Source: Balanoglossus misakiensis (taxonomy: Eukaryota; Animalia; Hemichordata). From it: a DNA stretch of 64,000 nucleotides. The DNA is taken from positions 1,736,001-1,800,000 of the forward strand of contig CM082598.2 in assembly GCA_040954595.2 (NCBI GenBank), given 5' to 3'. The position numbers and the translations under genes were made by a program. Each line of letters begins with the position of its first letter. Position 1 is the stretch's first letter. The notes beneath the pieces are model-generated. The model saw only the letters and a program-made list of their open reading frames with translations, was not told the DNA's origin and did not search any database. Shown piece by piece: positions 1 through 14,149 of this stretch.

Positions 1-3000
1 GTTTGGACTAGTGCTTCATTTATGCTCATTTAACTGAAAATTCGCATGATTTTTGTTCTCGCATAGCGTGCAAGTGCCGCGAGAAAGAGCGAGAGTACAA
101 TAGAGCAGTTTCTCTAGTGAAGCAAAGTGTTCAGAAAACAGTGATTTTTATCACTGTTATATTTGTATCCCATTGCGATAAATTACTGATAAACGCAAGT
201 CAGTCATGTAATTTTATTGTGGACTGCCACACGAATGCTTCTTTTATTGGACTAGTTATAGCCTCATACAGCTAAAGTCCATATGGCAACGACTCGACAA
301 TTAAAACAAGTTTCCCAGAAGTTCCATTGCCAGCAAGCGTGTGATTTTCAATGGTTTATTTTTGCTTGGCAGGACAGAAAATGCTCTCTATTTTCGCTGA
401 GAAAACAAGCTTTCCTCCCAGCGCCTCGTAAAGCGCACTGGGATTATTTTGAAAATGAAATGCCTGACCCACATCTGGTGTGTGGGGTCTGCTCTATAAC
501 CTTGAGACTATCTCCACGCTTGAAGAATCATCTCTGCTTGCGTTCATTCAGGTTGTTATTTTGGTATCGTTTACGACTACGAGAAAGCTTTTTACATTGT
601 TAAACCTCAGTTTTTATTGCCAGAGATCTGGAACTGCATTGAATGTGGACAAATATGGACAAATTCCAGGGCACAAAGTGGGTATTCGAACGGTAAAATC
701 AACGAAGGCAATATAATTCTCTCATGCAAGACACAGGCAGACTTGTCTGATTCGGGTTTAGTAGTCAAATTATCAGTATTGAATAACACCAGTATCAGTA
801 CCCGACTATGAAATCCTCTTAAGTGCCAATTAAGTTGGCTAACCACTATCTGTAAAACTTTATGTGGGTCAAATCGACTGATTCCGAGCCTTTACCAAGA
901 GAAGTGTTTGAATGGAAAACTGTCACCAAAAATCTGAGAACAGTTTTCAATCTTGAGACAATCGCTTGACGTTATACCAAATATGACCAGAAATTTCTGG
1001 TGGTGGAATCCCGCCCAAACTATCACACATGCAGGTGTCGTCAACGATTGCTACCTGACGGGGCCCTCTGCAAAAAAATTCCTGGTTTGATACCATGCGA
1101 GCAAGACAGATGGACGACACTGTGCAGAGTGCAACGATGTTGAATTAGTTTGCCACGCTTCAAGTTCGCAGTTAATTTGTGTGCGTCGAATAATTGATTT
1201 CTCGGCCACCCTGTAACTATTTGTCTTCTTCAAGTGTCCCTGAAAGTGCAACGATCCCTTTGGTACCTCCATCAAAGTCTGCAAAATGCGTTAATTGAAA
1301 GTGCGACTCATTTGTGAGGAAGACAGAATCAGGCCATGGTGTACTGTCAGGCTATAGTTGCCGGGACCAAATGTTCAAGCAAGGCAAACAAGTTCGAAGG
1401 CAAATTCATCGGATCAACAACACCACAAAACTCACTTCAAAACAGCTACAAGTATATCCTCAGAGTGTATACACTTAGCTCTAAATCCGATTGAGATTCC
1501 AAGTGTCTCCGTTCAATTGAGTCGAGTGTACACTAATACTTGTAGTTATTTCTGTAGTACTTGTACAACTTAACGTATCACGCACATCCGTTCTTAGAAT
1601 GGAGACGATGAGGTGGTCATTGTGTTGACTGACAGGTGCGTAGAAGGGGATTGATGAAATGACATTCTCACCATTGTAATACTGTGTTAGCAGCAAACAT
1701 GACAAGTTTCTACAAATACGAGTTCGTGTTCAGGTCGAAACGGTTAGCAAACACAGTGAAAACGTTTGTGTCGCACCGTGCATTGGGCGGTCATTTTTGT
1801 TCGCAATACAATGGATTAGCTTCAAATACATAGACACACCTGATGTGTCAATAAGACACAGATGCCCAAAGGAATATAATAAGAAGCAGCGTCCCTTGCA
1901 TTTCAACAACATTTTTATTACTTTTACGTCGTTAAAGGGCTGGTATGGGCAGGGCAGAAAAAGGCAAAATTCATCGATGGTTGCCAGCACAACAAACCCA
2001 AAATTTACCAGTTTCAAAAACAGACGAGCACATCTGTGCCCCATCACCCAGACTGATTCCTATGAACAACTTTCCTTAAGGTCAAGGAATACATTCCTGG
2101 ATAAACGCATTCCATGTGCTTTTGCTATTTTTATATAGTCCAATATAGTTGCTGAGCTCACAGGTTCGAAATAGCAGGAGACACTTCAGATCAGCCGTGG
2201 GCGACTGGTCAGTAAATCACCCAAGTAAATGCTCCATGAGAGATGGTGAAAACAAGCTTATAAGGGTTCACTGGTTTTGCGAATAACTGAACGCAGCATG
2301 TGCAGGCCTCCATCTCCACTTGAGTTTCAGGTTTTCTGCAGTGACCATGAGTTGACCCCGATGAGTTCACGGTGTTTCTAGAAGTCTGGAGTGAATGCTG
2401 AACAATTAATTACAATCGGGGTGTTTTCATGAGCTGAGGGAGCATTTACCTTCCGTAAAATAAACACTCAGTATTTGTTTGTTTGGTCAGGGCTTTTTTG
2501 GAGTAGGTTTAGCTTTAAGTGAAAAGAAAAGGAGACGAAAATACTTAAAGGAATTAATGGAGTGCAAGATAGACTGTTGGACTCTTCTTAAGTTCCAGTG
2601 TTTACGCTGTCATCCTACTTCATGGAAATGACTGCGTGCAAAGTTGACGCAGTTGGTCATAAAAATGGAACATTTTATGTATGAATATATACATGGACTG
2701 ATGTTCGCACTGTACTAAAACGTCCTGCAAGTAAAAGACACATTTCACTTGCAGAAATATGCCCTTGTGTATTTGCATGACTTATGTGAACCCCCCCCCC
2801 CCCCCAGCGTGTGGGGTCAAGTTGGTCCTGGCTGCTTGCTTGGGCGCGAAGAGTTGACTCATGAAAACTTCATGTAGCAGACTCTAATCTCTACCACACG
2901 ACGGGCATATTCAGAAACCCGCCTTCTGTTGATGAAGTCTGAAGTAGCGAGATGACAAAAAGCACGAACTGTTCTGGAGGGCCACTCTGGCAGTAATGGG

Positions 3001-3580
3001 CACATGGGCGGGAGACCATTAAAAATCGGTGTGTGCAAGAGATGTTGAGCTGCCGTCCGCTTTAATTGGAAACAGACAGCGAGATTGCCGAGAAATAAAT
3101 AACCCTGTAATTGGAAATTCTGAACATGATTGCAGACAGGCAATCAAACCGTACACCGCAGAGATCAATTGATTTCAACTGAAACAAAGTGAAATCCCTG
3201 GCGACGTCTAAGTTCCCAGTTTCAGGTTTTCAACCATTGAAAACCTAGGATTAACGAGCCAACATGTCGACCAGACACAAACACAGATCTCGTGCTGAAA
3301 ATTGCTTTCCATTTAAGTAACACAGCGTTTATTTTAATCGAATATAAACTCGTCGTTTCAAGGCTGTTAGTAAATGTGTCACAAAAGTCGTCGAGTTTAG
3401 ATTTCAGTTAGCGTGAAACTAAACAAATCTTCTAATAGCCATCATCATGAAACAGTATATGTATATACCTTGGAGGTGTAATTTAGGAGGACAAGGTCGT
3501 ATCTGTAGTGAACAATTACCCGTAAATGCTTAGCTCTCATTAAAAACGTTTTTCGAGAAGGGGTGCTTGACAAGTCGTAA

Positions 3581-3720
3581 AGAGCGTAGATAGGGAAAGG
3601 GGTAGAGAGGGAAAGAGAGAAGGGAGAGTCAGGGAGAGAAGGTTAGAAAGAGAGAGAGTCGAGAGAGAAATATAGAGAGTGGGAGAGAGTCTCATAAAGA
3701 AAGAAAGAGAGAGAGACACA
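3581..3720. repeat. GA-rich low-complexity / degenerate (GA)n tract
   Basis: Purine-rich runs such as GGGAAAGAGAGAAGGGAGAG...GAGAGAGAGAC. Confidence 0.8.
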
Positions 3721-6700
3721 CAGTGGTATGTGTGTTCACGTACTAGAGAAGGGGACTTGAAAATCCGTTGAGACCGTTTAGCTTGAGGAAAAGATACTTT
3801 TAATAACAAGCAGTATAGTCTATCAGAAAGCGAACGTGCAGGCATGTAAAGACATGTACTAGTACGTGTGGAAAATCAAAAGCGGGAATGATTCGAAGAA
3901 AATGCACAATTTGAAGCCCCAGCGTAAACACAATGAGTTGACCAAGTCAAACCGGTTCTCGATAAGGGTACAATGACCCATGCAGTGTAGCCCTCGAAAT
4001 CATGAGCTTGCTTGAACTATTACTCCACCAAAGATTCACGGACACTTTGCTCGCAATAGCAATAAATGGCCAATATTCCCACCAACATATGGACTTTCCT
4101 ACAACCCTGTTCCCTATAAGTGTTCAATTCTTCATCCCAAGTTTTGGTTTTGTGTATGTGATAGTACATTGACATCAAACTCGCATTGTTTCGACGCAAC
4201 ACGATAAGCATGGATGAGCAATGATGAACGATGCCGTGACCTCTCGGTCTGCTTGTCTTGTCACCATTTATCTCTCCTCTCAAGAACCAACCTAGCTATG
4301 CCGAGTTTAATGTCAATATCTATTCGAGCAGAGTCACGATAGAACACTTCTGTGCTCGGCGATATTTCACTTATCGCCCAGCAACGGCTCGATGACACGC
4401 AAACAGAGAAAAACACAAATAAACTTATGATCCAGCGAAAAACTTGGAGTATTTGAGAGCTGTCTGTTAGATAGATCCCTCCAATAATAATGTTATTGTG
4501 TTGAAGTGACACACTTTATCTCACAGTATGGGTCAGTCAAGTCCATGTGTCTTAAATTAGTCCCACTTTACAATCAAAACATTGACTGCCGTTATCGTTG
4601 ACCTAAAACATTGACCGTGACCTTTGCTGCCATATTTCATTCAATACAGATGATGACTTGGTGTGACATATTTGATAAACTTGATTGTGGAAAGATATGG
4701 CTAAGTTGCCCAAGCATCAACATGACCCCCTTCATATTAAACTGTCTATGTCTTCGCCTCTTCGTAACATGCCAATAAAATATTCATGCTAGTTAGCACG
4801 TGGTTAATTCATTGCCACTCTTCGTCGTCTGCTCAATGTTCTAGCCCGACCCTTTTTCCCATATATATTATACAGTGAGCGGCCAATACAGAAAGAACAG
4901 TCACCATGCGAATTTTGGTGCATTCAGTCTGTGTGCCTTTAGTGTCCAATCTTAAGGTTTGACCGCCACATTCTTATCAGCAAGCAAATCAACATGGATG
5001 ATTATTTCTTGCCTCAGGGGGATGCTTTCGAGCAGACAACACTCCAGGGGTAACACCGGAAACTACACCTACTAGAGCATGGAACAGGCTTGTTACGATA
5101 TATTATTCCAATCTAACACACAAATCTTCAAACCTGATTTATTTATGTGCGTATATACTCCACGTCGAAAATTTACACACTTGTTTTGACAAAGTGGCAA
5201 GCTTGACTAAGTCTCAAGAAGTGGTCGTACTCCGTGTAGGTCGCCATTTTGGACAAAAAATAAATGAGTTCCTTCACATGAAGGATGTGGACTACATGTG
5301 TGTAAAATGTAGAGTAACTAAGATATCTTGTAGATGACTGTCATTATTTGCTTTTGATAGTGGAACAGAGCTCTTATGAACGCGTCAACATAGGTCAGCC
5401 AGAATGTCTAATAGTTGAAATAAATCAGGCCGTAAAACACGAATTACAGGTGTATTTGAAGATTTACTTGGCGGAACGAATTCATGCATTTTCATTATTA
5501 ATGCTTTTTAAATAGCGTCACAAATCATACTTGTTCAGAAGTTGGAAGGCGTCTGACAGTTACACATTTCGTACCTTTTTCCGTCATCTATCTTTAAAGA
5601 GTAGTTGATGAATTACAGGATTTTTGTCTTTAAAGAGACAGATTTATTTCTTGCCATTATTTTGTGCATTGTTATTTCATCTGAGGAGCTATTTTTAGAG
5701 TGTCTTTACTGAAAAATGCTAAATCATCGGTTATTGGGGCTCTATTTTATATTTTGACGACATATTTCAGTACATATCAGAAATTAGGATATCAAAGTAC
5801 GAGCATGATATACATCAGATCTCAGGTGCTTCACAGAAAGCAGAGCAGACGACAGCAAATTAACAAAAGCAATATGTGCATACTACGTCACCCATTTTCG
5901 GGCTTGGTATGGTTTCTCCAGATGAACTTCACGATTATGTAAAAGTTCATGAAGTACCCCCGTGTCTGTTTTGAGGATTAACCCTTCTGGCCGACACACA
6001 TGCGCGAAAGCGATAAAACTCAGAAAGAAGACAGGAATGTGGGCTTCTGTTATGTATTGAAATCATGACATCTGATAAGTGCCCGATCGTTACCGACAGT
6101 TCATAGGGCAGAGTGAATAAGCTAAAGGCATGGTATCGATTTGCCATGAGGGTACAAACTGTGGAAGGCTTACACCTACAAGATCGCGAGGACAATTCTG
6201 CCCAGAAGCATTAGTCGAGCTAAGAAAAAACGGGCAAACTTTAACGAGCTTCATCGCCACATCCTCCAATTTCAACGCCACTGTTATTAAAAATTGCAGA
6301 CGATTTATTTCAAATCGTGACAGATATATTACATCTATGATATCTCACGAAATATTAACGGAGATAAAAATATGCCAGTTTCCACTGTTTCTGTTTGCGT
6401 AAGCAAGTTCTTTATGGTGGAGATGATCCATCTGCAAGGTCACGCGAAGGCTGAGTCTCGTATTATTGGCATACTGGGTGTAACAATCACATGACATCGC
6501 TCGCGCTTGAGAGATATAAACCCACATGTATATTGAGCAAGGGTCAGAGCGGTGACGTCTTTAGTTTCAACACGACAACTTCTGCGAAAGCAGAGAAAGA
6601 AAGCGTCCCCCGTAGTCTATTCCATTCACGCCTGACTGGAAACTGGAGAGCACGGCGGTCGCTAATCTAATTCGACAAAAATTTGGCACCGCGTATTTGT

Positions 6701-8297
6701 GAATATTGATCAGAACTCTTGAAATGACGCGCTGCGAGAATAAGAATTAGGTTTGACTCTACTTATGTTCACCTCCGAACGGATATCGCCCGCTCTGTCT
6801 ACACAAAACAGCCGGGCGAACACTTTCAAGATGAAAATAAAAAAATATCTTGGACGTTGTTTTCCTTTTTCAATTTTAAATTGAGTGCAAGACCTCAATT
6901 TTCCGTCGTGTTCTGAAGGTTGCTATGGCAACCATGGAGAAATCCCACTGTTCAATTGTGCAGACATTTTTTTCTCATTGTCAACACCATCTTTTCCTAT
7001 TGCATTGACAAGATAATTTTTAAAACATGTTTGAATCATTTTTTTCTGAATTATACAAAAAATTTATGACTGTAGAAGACAGTTTTGAGTGATTTGGTGT
7101 ATTTTAATTCGTAGTATACCGGTAAGAAATGGAGATGTGATTAAAATTATGAAATCTTGATAAACATCAAATGCCGCAAGGGTTGCCGTCGGTCCAAAGG
7201 AAAAAAAATGCCAACATTTGTAAAGATACCCCAGACTATGTGTTCGTGTCATGCACATAATAAACTATTCAGTTCCCACAAAGACGATGCGCTACATTTC
7301 ATTAAGATAGCGATGCTTATCCATAGTGGCATTATAAATGATGAAAGCATCGGCTCTTTCCGTACGTTGTCTGATAAGCCGATCTCGAAGGTCATGCTGC
7401 CGATGGTTCGGTTTCCCTGCAGAGACAGAACTGACGCAACAAAATTTGCCGTCGCACGTTTCTGGTCGCATGCACACACCACCTTCACGGCATCGTTGCC
7501 ATGGTATTATTATTATGAAGATGTGTCTATATATACAAGGAGGTGTTGCACGTGTGGAAGTCAGTGGTGGGGGTGATGCGGCGCTGAAATCATCAACCAA
7601 GCTTTAATTGCATCCCCAAAGAATGCCATGTGTCCAGTTTCATCCTGTTGTTATGGTGAAACTCTTAACAACGGGAACAACAAGATCGCAGTTGTCACAA
7701 ACTCATCTGTGGATACTAAGGTCACGCGATAAATCCTAGCCCCATCCCTCGAATACTGAGATTTGGCTTTTGTACTGAACGAAGTACTGTAGTCACTTAG
7801 TAATTTTTTTGTATCTTCTGCTTGACTGAATACGGGAGATTTGTTTCTCATTGAAAACTGCACATGCGCAGTCCAAACTTCTAAAGGTGGAGGCCACGAA
7901 AACTATACGATAAGTAAGTCGTCGTGAAATAGTATAATAATAATAATAACTGTATCTGGTCTCATATTGTCAATTGGTGTATTTTTTGTCAATTGGTAAT
8001 CTGACTATCGATCCTGCTTCAAAAAGACCTCTGTATGCTCAGTCTGCTCCAATCGGCTTCAGTCGCCTTGTTCAGTTTCGTGGGTGATATTCATTAAAGG
8101 CCGATCCATCTTCGCACAAATCCACGGGTCATCAGGCGCCCACTGAACGTGTTCAACCGGCCATCAAGTTAATATATTAGTGTTTGAACCCCTCGCGCCA
8201 ATCGCCATACCCTGTTCATCTGCCCATCACCCGATCGCTCAACCATCCATGCCATGTCCACCCAGGTGTCTAACAGTTGATCGCTAGTTAATAATAC

Positions 8298-8398
8298 GAT
8301 CAATCAATCAATCAACCACCCACACACCCACCCATCCATCGAACAGCCAACCAAGCAACCGACCAACCAACCGATCGATTAAGCAATCAAGTAATCAC
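8298..8398. repeat. Degenerate tetranucleotide repeats (CAAT/CCAT/CCAA)n
   Basis: ATCAATCAATCAATCAACCACCCAC...CCATCCATC...CCAACCAAGCAACCGACCAACCAACC. Confidence 0.7.
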
Positions 8399-9261
8399 TT
8401 ATTTGTCCAAACACTTGGATAATCAGTCGATAAACGATTCTGGTCAGTTAATGAAATCTAAAACAAGCAAGCACACCTGTACGTTGTCAACCAATCGTAA
8501 CATCAATATCAGAATCCATTACATCACACCATAATAAAACATTGTCAATTTACAACATTAAGCCAACGAGTGTGAGAAAATTCAAGCTGTTTTATGGAAG
8601 TTTGTAGGCATAGCTGAAAATTTTGATTTTAGTCTGCCCTTTCGAGTGACGTAATGATGATGCGGGTGGTTTCATTCAGCGAGTTGGTCAACATGCATGC
8701 ATGTCTTGTCGTCACTAGCAAACAAGCGGGGGATGGAAATGACAGAATTATTCATAACCACTCGAAAATGTGTCCTGTGTGATCGCTCGCCTTGAGTCAA
8801 TAATGATACAATGCTGAGGATACGAGACCGTGCCTTCGCATGTATGGACGTCATGCTCATAGTGTACAGTACTGTTGAACTTAGCTTGACCGTGACGGAT
8901 GTAAGGCCATAGACGTTGAAATGAAACCAACTCATCCTACACCAGCTTCACGAAGCAACCAAAGAGAGTATGCTGTAAAATATTCTTACTGTTTGTCAAG
9001 TCGTATTATGTCACCGATTCGTGATCAAACAGCAGCGATGATATAATATGGCGAATATTCCCAGGCTTTTGTTTGAGTCTGTCGACTAAATAACGTGTCC
9101 TACTTTAACGAGTATTTGCGTAAGAAAACTGTCCTGTTATTAAAGTAAAGTGTTCGGATTGTAGGCTGCTTTAGAAATTTGCACAGAAATTGTCCCTGTC
9201 GCTGCATTTTCAGTGATATATATTTTTTTATTGAGCTCAGTAATAGAACATAGGCACTTAC

Positions 9262-9433
9262 CGCTCTTTCCAACCCCAAGGCTGCCAACCAGGGCAATCC
9301 GAAGGTCTTGGTGACCGCTGGATTTTTTCCGTCGCCGGGCAAAGGGACTCGAAGCGCTATGCTTCCGCTGTGGGATCTCCAGTCGCTTGGGATCGGGCGC
9401 CGCGCTGACACTTTTCGACCTCCGTCGCTCCAT
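9262..9433 (-). CDS. First coding exon of a RERG/RASL11/RASL12-type Ras-like GTPase (partial; remaining exons not found in this window)
   Basis: ATG at 9433 encodes MERRRSKSVSAAPDPKRLEIPQRKHSASSPFARRRKKSSGHQDLRIALVGSLGVGKS, i.e. beta1 plus a GxxxxGKS P-loop. It ends at a G|GTAAGT phase-1 donor, the same position and phase as intron 1 of the neighbouring paralog. Confidence 0.75.
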
Positions 9434-12400
9434 CAGTATAGTTCGTCCACTGCTGTGAAGTTTTTGAGACTCCACTAGAAGACTTGCGCAAGTAGTATAC
9501 GCTGAGTGCTAAGGTCAAATGTCAAAACGTACATCGGACCTGGAGCTGCTGTGAGTCGAGGTGCGGCTTGGAAACAAAACCGCCGTTGAAATCAAAATCA
9601 CAAATTTCACTTCACACTTCCGGAGTATTTAGCACGTAGTGTTTTTTTCCGCTGGCTTGGTATCCGTGGCGATGCTCTTGTCGCGTGCGTGACGATCTAC
9701 AATAGTTCCTGCTCTACATCCGGGCAACACTGTCAGAAGAAAGCAAAATCATCGACATCCGTTGATGTGAGCTTGGAGCCTTACTAACTGATCCACGGAG
9801 TATGTTGCCAATTTTAGATGTTTAAATTGGCACTGGTATGTGAATACAATGACGGCAAGCACGTATTATGCAGATCTGATGCGAGTTATAGTCTTTCACA
9901 AAACACCATTCCTGTACTGTGTACACGTTTTGCTTTTTATTTGAACAAAAAATGACAAATCGGATTTGAGAGATAAACTCACTGCATGACTGATATTTTG
10001 GCATAATTTGTCAGTTGAAGATTATAAAATAATAGTTTTTGAAAAGGTTGATATTTTATTAAATAATGGGTAGAGTTTTTTACGAGAAGATTGGCACTGC
10101 TGTAAACAATAGAGATCCAATGATGTGCCGATATACCGGTACACGTCAGTTTATAGTTTTTAATTGCTTACCGTCGACCGCCACACTGCATCACTCGTAA
10201 CGCAAGCATTCCAAGATAAAACTGTCAAATGCAACCTTGTCAAGGGAGCGCCCTCAACCGTTTTACATGTTAGGCGTTAAGGACAGACGAAGATTTTTGG
10301 CACTGTTCCATTCTCGATACCTCACCGTAGGCTTATATCACTCTTGTTGCCACGATACTGAGATCTCGCCATTTTATTTCAGTCGTGTGCTAAAGCAAAC
10401 GAAAATCACCATGCTGTATATTCACATTAAACCCAGGTTAACCTTTTACCCTTTCCACGGTAGATTCTGTCGTGACTTATCGGTACATGCCCTAAATTGT
10501 TGCCATCAGTACAATCCTGATAAACATCAGACAGTACGGTGACATCAAACAATTGCAACTGATAAAATGTCGACTAAGTAGAGTACAATTTCCCCTGAAT
10601 GCCCTTTCACTTTTACTTCGGCAAAAGCTTCGTGTCGTAGGTTTCTAGTTGACACGAGACGATAACGAGCTGGAGACAAGACTCAACTACATCTCTCCAA
10701 AGTCAGACTGTTCTGTGGAATCGATAACAGCGTGTGAGAAAACTTTCGCCTGATAATTGCATAGCTCTAGCCTTCACACAGAAAGAGAGGAAAGCGAGAA
10801 AAAAACAAGTCTGAGATCAACTCTCTTTTATTATCTTCCTCAGATATTCTTTGAAACGTGCAAATCTTATTGTAATGCCCAGTTTTAAAATCGACGATAT
10901 ACTTACCTTTAACCCAACACAGAATTGGTAAGTCGCTATCAAAAAGTGTGCCTTTAGCGTCTCGTATTCTGTATCATACCAAAATTACCTTGATTAAAGA
11001 TTTGCACAGATCCAACCAAATGTACAGCCAGGCCCGCGATATGCCGTTTTCTTGAATTCAAAGAAATTTACAGTGACTAGAGCAGCAAACAGCAAGGCCA
11101 ACCTTGCATGTCAAGATTATTACAGAATCAGTCTTTCCTGAATGGTGAAATAGTCCCCAGGGGAAATAAAACTAAGCCCTTTTCATTATCACGTTGATCT
11201 TCAGTGTCATCTGAGTTGCTTTCTGATGATTCAAATTTACACGTTTCCTTGGGGATAAAATCTTTAATTAAGGTCAAGCTAACAGCGAGTGGGACGATGA
11301 TGACACCAGCAGCAAATCGTTCAATTAACTGCACTTTCCACAAATTGTGACACTTATCGAACTTAACAACCCGGATATTGGCTTTAACTCATTTCCGATG
11401 AATCCCAACCCTCGTTTTTCTCACCACCCAATGATTACTGTGCCTATTGTGGTCAAATGATCCCTAACAGGCGAGCACTAAAGAGTTTATTGATCCCAGC
11501 ATCATTATGCATGTTGTATATATTCAGTGCACAGTAATGATGTCCAAACAGTTGTTAACTGAATTGACCCCTGATAACAGTATCGAATATAAGGGATACA
11601 ACAAGCTAGGGTGTCTCAAACAACAGATTAAGAGAAAACAAACAAACGTGAGACAAAACTAAACAGAATATTATAATGCACAAATATAATTACAATGAAC
11701 GTCAGGCTTCATGTATTGTTTAAGTCTGAATTTATTTCCTTTAGTGCTGAATCAAAAGTGTACATAAGCTCATTCCACGAGGCAGTCATCTTTACAAAAT
11801 TGTAGAAAATGTAGCAAAGCTCTCCTGACAATAAATTTGTCGATAGCGTTCCTGGCAAAGAGGAAAACAGTCCAGCAAGGGGATTAAGTAGACAGCCTTG
11901 GTTGTCATTGTCGTAATGACAGGCCTCTTCACGGCAACTTCCGGTCACAAGGCCAAAGATAAATGGAGCCCTCTAGAGGCAAAAGCTTCTCTTGCGAGGA
12001 CAGGCCATCTTGACAGCAAGCTAGTGCCAGGAAACATGTACACAAATTCAATTTTCAAATCTCTGTTATTAAATGTAAAATAGTCGTTTATCTTATTGCT
12101 TTTTCTTCTTTTCTCTGAACCTCCAAAATTCAACTCAAAACAGCATCTCATATATACGTATGTGGGAGAAAAGGGATAACGAATAATTATAACCAAATCA
12201 TCTCAAATTTTTCTCACCCATTTTTCCAATTTGGCAAATATTATACAATATTAAATTTGCAGAATTTTGAATTTTTTGGTTAAATTGGCTTACAACTGTG
12301 TTCCTTACTTTATTTAAATAATATCAAGCAAGTTTCAGTAAATTATCGTCTGGTTTCCAAGTTCCTCGACTCTCTGAAATTTCAACTGAATATGGAGTTC

Positions 12401-12547
12401 ATCCAGTTTTCCAGCTTTCAGTCAGGAATGTGTTGGTGGCCAGAACAGAAAATGTGATGTAATTAAAACGCGTTAGCTCATTGGCTGTGCGTTCAGGCAC
12501 GATCATTAAGGTTGACAGAGTCTTGCCACATGGTGGCGCTGCACCCC

Positions 12548-14015
12548 TCATTCATCCAGGGATTCAAGTGAGTCCCTAGTGGCCACGACTGGTCTCTGAG
12601 TGTTCGAGAGGCTGATGACACTCATGCTTCGCTCACGTGGCCTCGGTGTCTCGCTGACATCTTTATCGGGCGACTTCAAGAGCGACGAACTCCTGCTTCG
12701 TAGAAACAGCTTCGGCGAGTGCTTGTTGCCTTTGTAGTTTCTGCATTCATTGTACAATTTCATGAACGCAGTTCTGACGTCATCATAGCTCTCTCTGACA
12801 GAAAGTTCACAAAACTGGCAACTTAGAGTCTTTGCCATCTTTTCTCCCTCTGCCTTCGGTATCATCCTATCATAGACTAAGTCTGTTTTGTTTCCAACAA
12901 TCAGGACAGGTGTCTCGTTACCCTTGTTGCGAGTAATTAAGAATTTGATCCGCAAGACTTCGTCGAAGCTGCACTTGTCTGTGGCAGAATAAACAATTAT
13001 GAAGGCGTCTGCCCATTTGATCTGCGCTTGCGTGATAGTGGAATTTTCCTCCTGAAAATTAAGTAAACCCCAGTGTTAGATGTTGAACTTGAACAAACAA
13101 TGTAAGCCATGAAAAGAATTGTATGTAAATATAAAAAGTATGTACATATGTGTGTATGTATGTATGTATGGCATTTATTTCATTGTTGATTTTAGATCTA
13201 CTCTGAACTATTGACAAACTTGTTCTCTTTACCTGACCAGCTGTGTCAAGGATCTCGAAGTCAACAGGGGCTGCTTCTCCTTCGATGAAGGTACGGAATT
13301 GGTATGTCGCTTCTGTTGGAGAAGACAGCAAATCGTTAATAAATAATACATGGATGGATTGATTGTTCGGTGGGCATGAAGGTGCGTTGATGGGTAGATG
13401 TGTTTGGGTGAATGGATGGATAGACCACTCAGAGGAATAGCCAACCATATAGCCAATACAACACAACTACCCTATTTTTCATCCTAATTACTACTTCACC
13501 AATATGGCATCTTTCATGTTTCAAATATGTCTCTGCAACTTTGACGTGCAGGCTGAATCTACATTTATATTTAATATACCCCACAGGATTGCTCGCTGTG
13601 TTACATTGACCTTGGCTCAGAAAAGCCAGTTGCCATGCCCAGTGTATTTCAAATACATGTGCATCGTGCTATGCTACTATTAAAACTTACCGAGCGTAGG
13701 ATCGTATTCTCCAATGAACCGTCTCGTTATAAAACGAACAGCGAGAGCTGTGATTAGAAAGAGAAAGATAGATGAGTTTATTGACCAGTACATATACGTC
13801 TTGCTGGTGCCAAATGCCTAAGTCTGACAAAGAGCTTAACTTGTAAGACTTGGTGAAAATATGTAATGCATGAAAAATTAATCTGGGAAATAATCCTGAT
13901 AAAGCTTACCTGTTTTGCCGACAGCAGCCTGTCCCAATATAGCGATTTTTACAGGTTTACCCTGGGTCACACTTCGCCTATGTTTTCCGAATTGAAATGA
14001 CGTCATGGTTGGCAT
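12548..14015 (-). CDS. RERG/RASL12-like small GTPase, 4 exons, ~248 aa
   Basis: Exons 14015-13910, 13747-13691, 13312-13233 and 13051-12548; all GT-AG and in frame. Motifs: G1 GQAAVGKT, effector region RFITRRFIGEYDPTLE, G3 DTAGQE, IKWADAFIIVYS, G4 VGNKTD. No CAAX box; ends RDSLESLDE. Confidence 0.93.
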
Positions 14016-14149
14016 TTTGAAGTGGTGCGCACGTTTGGGGAATTATTGAATCTTGTTTGTTGGAGATGTCTTCTGGCTGTGTTCTGCAGACGACTTATGA
14101 AACAATGGGTTCTGCAAGTGTGAAGCAAATTTTATGTAAGCAACTTGTG

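Noticed and set aside
3540-3845. Leu/Ser-rich 101-aa ORF
   Set aside because: Produced by the GA-rich low-complexity tract; no domain.
283-8935. Many 60-140 aa ORFs on both strands
   Set aside because: Mostly non-ATG starts, with no recognisable domains, transposase or RT motifs, or consistent exon chain.
12526-12542. CTCF-like words (CCACATGGTGGCGC here; TAGCGCCCCCCTAC at 39310)
   Set aside because: Core mismatches or wrong spacing; not distinguishable from chance without a PWM or ChIP data.
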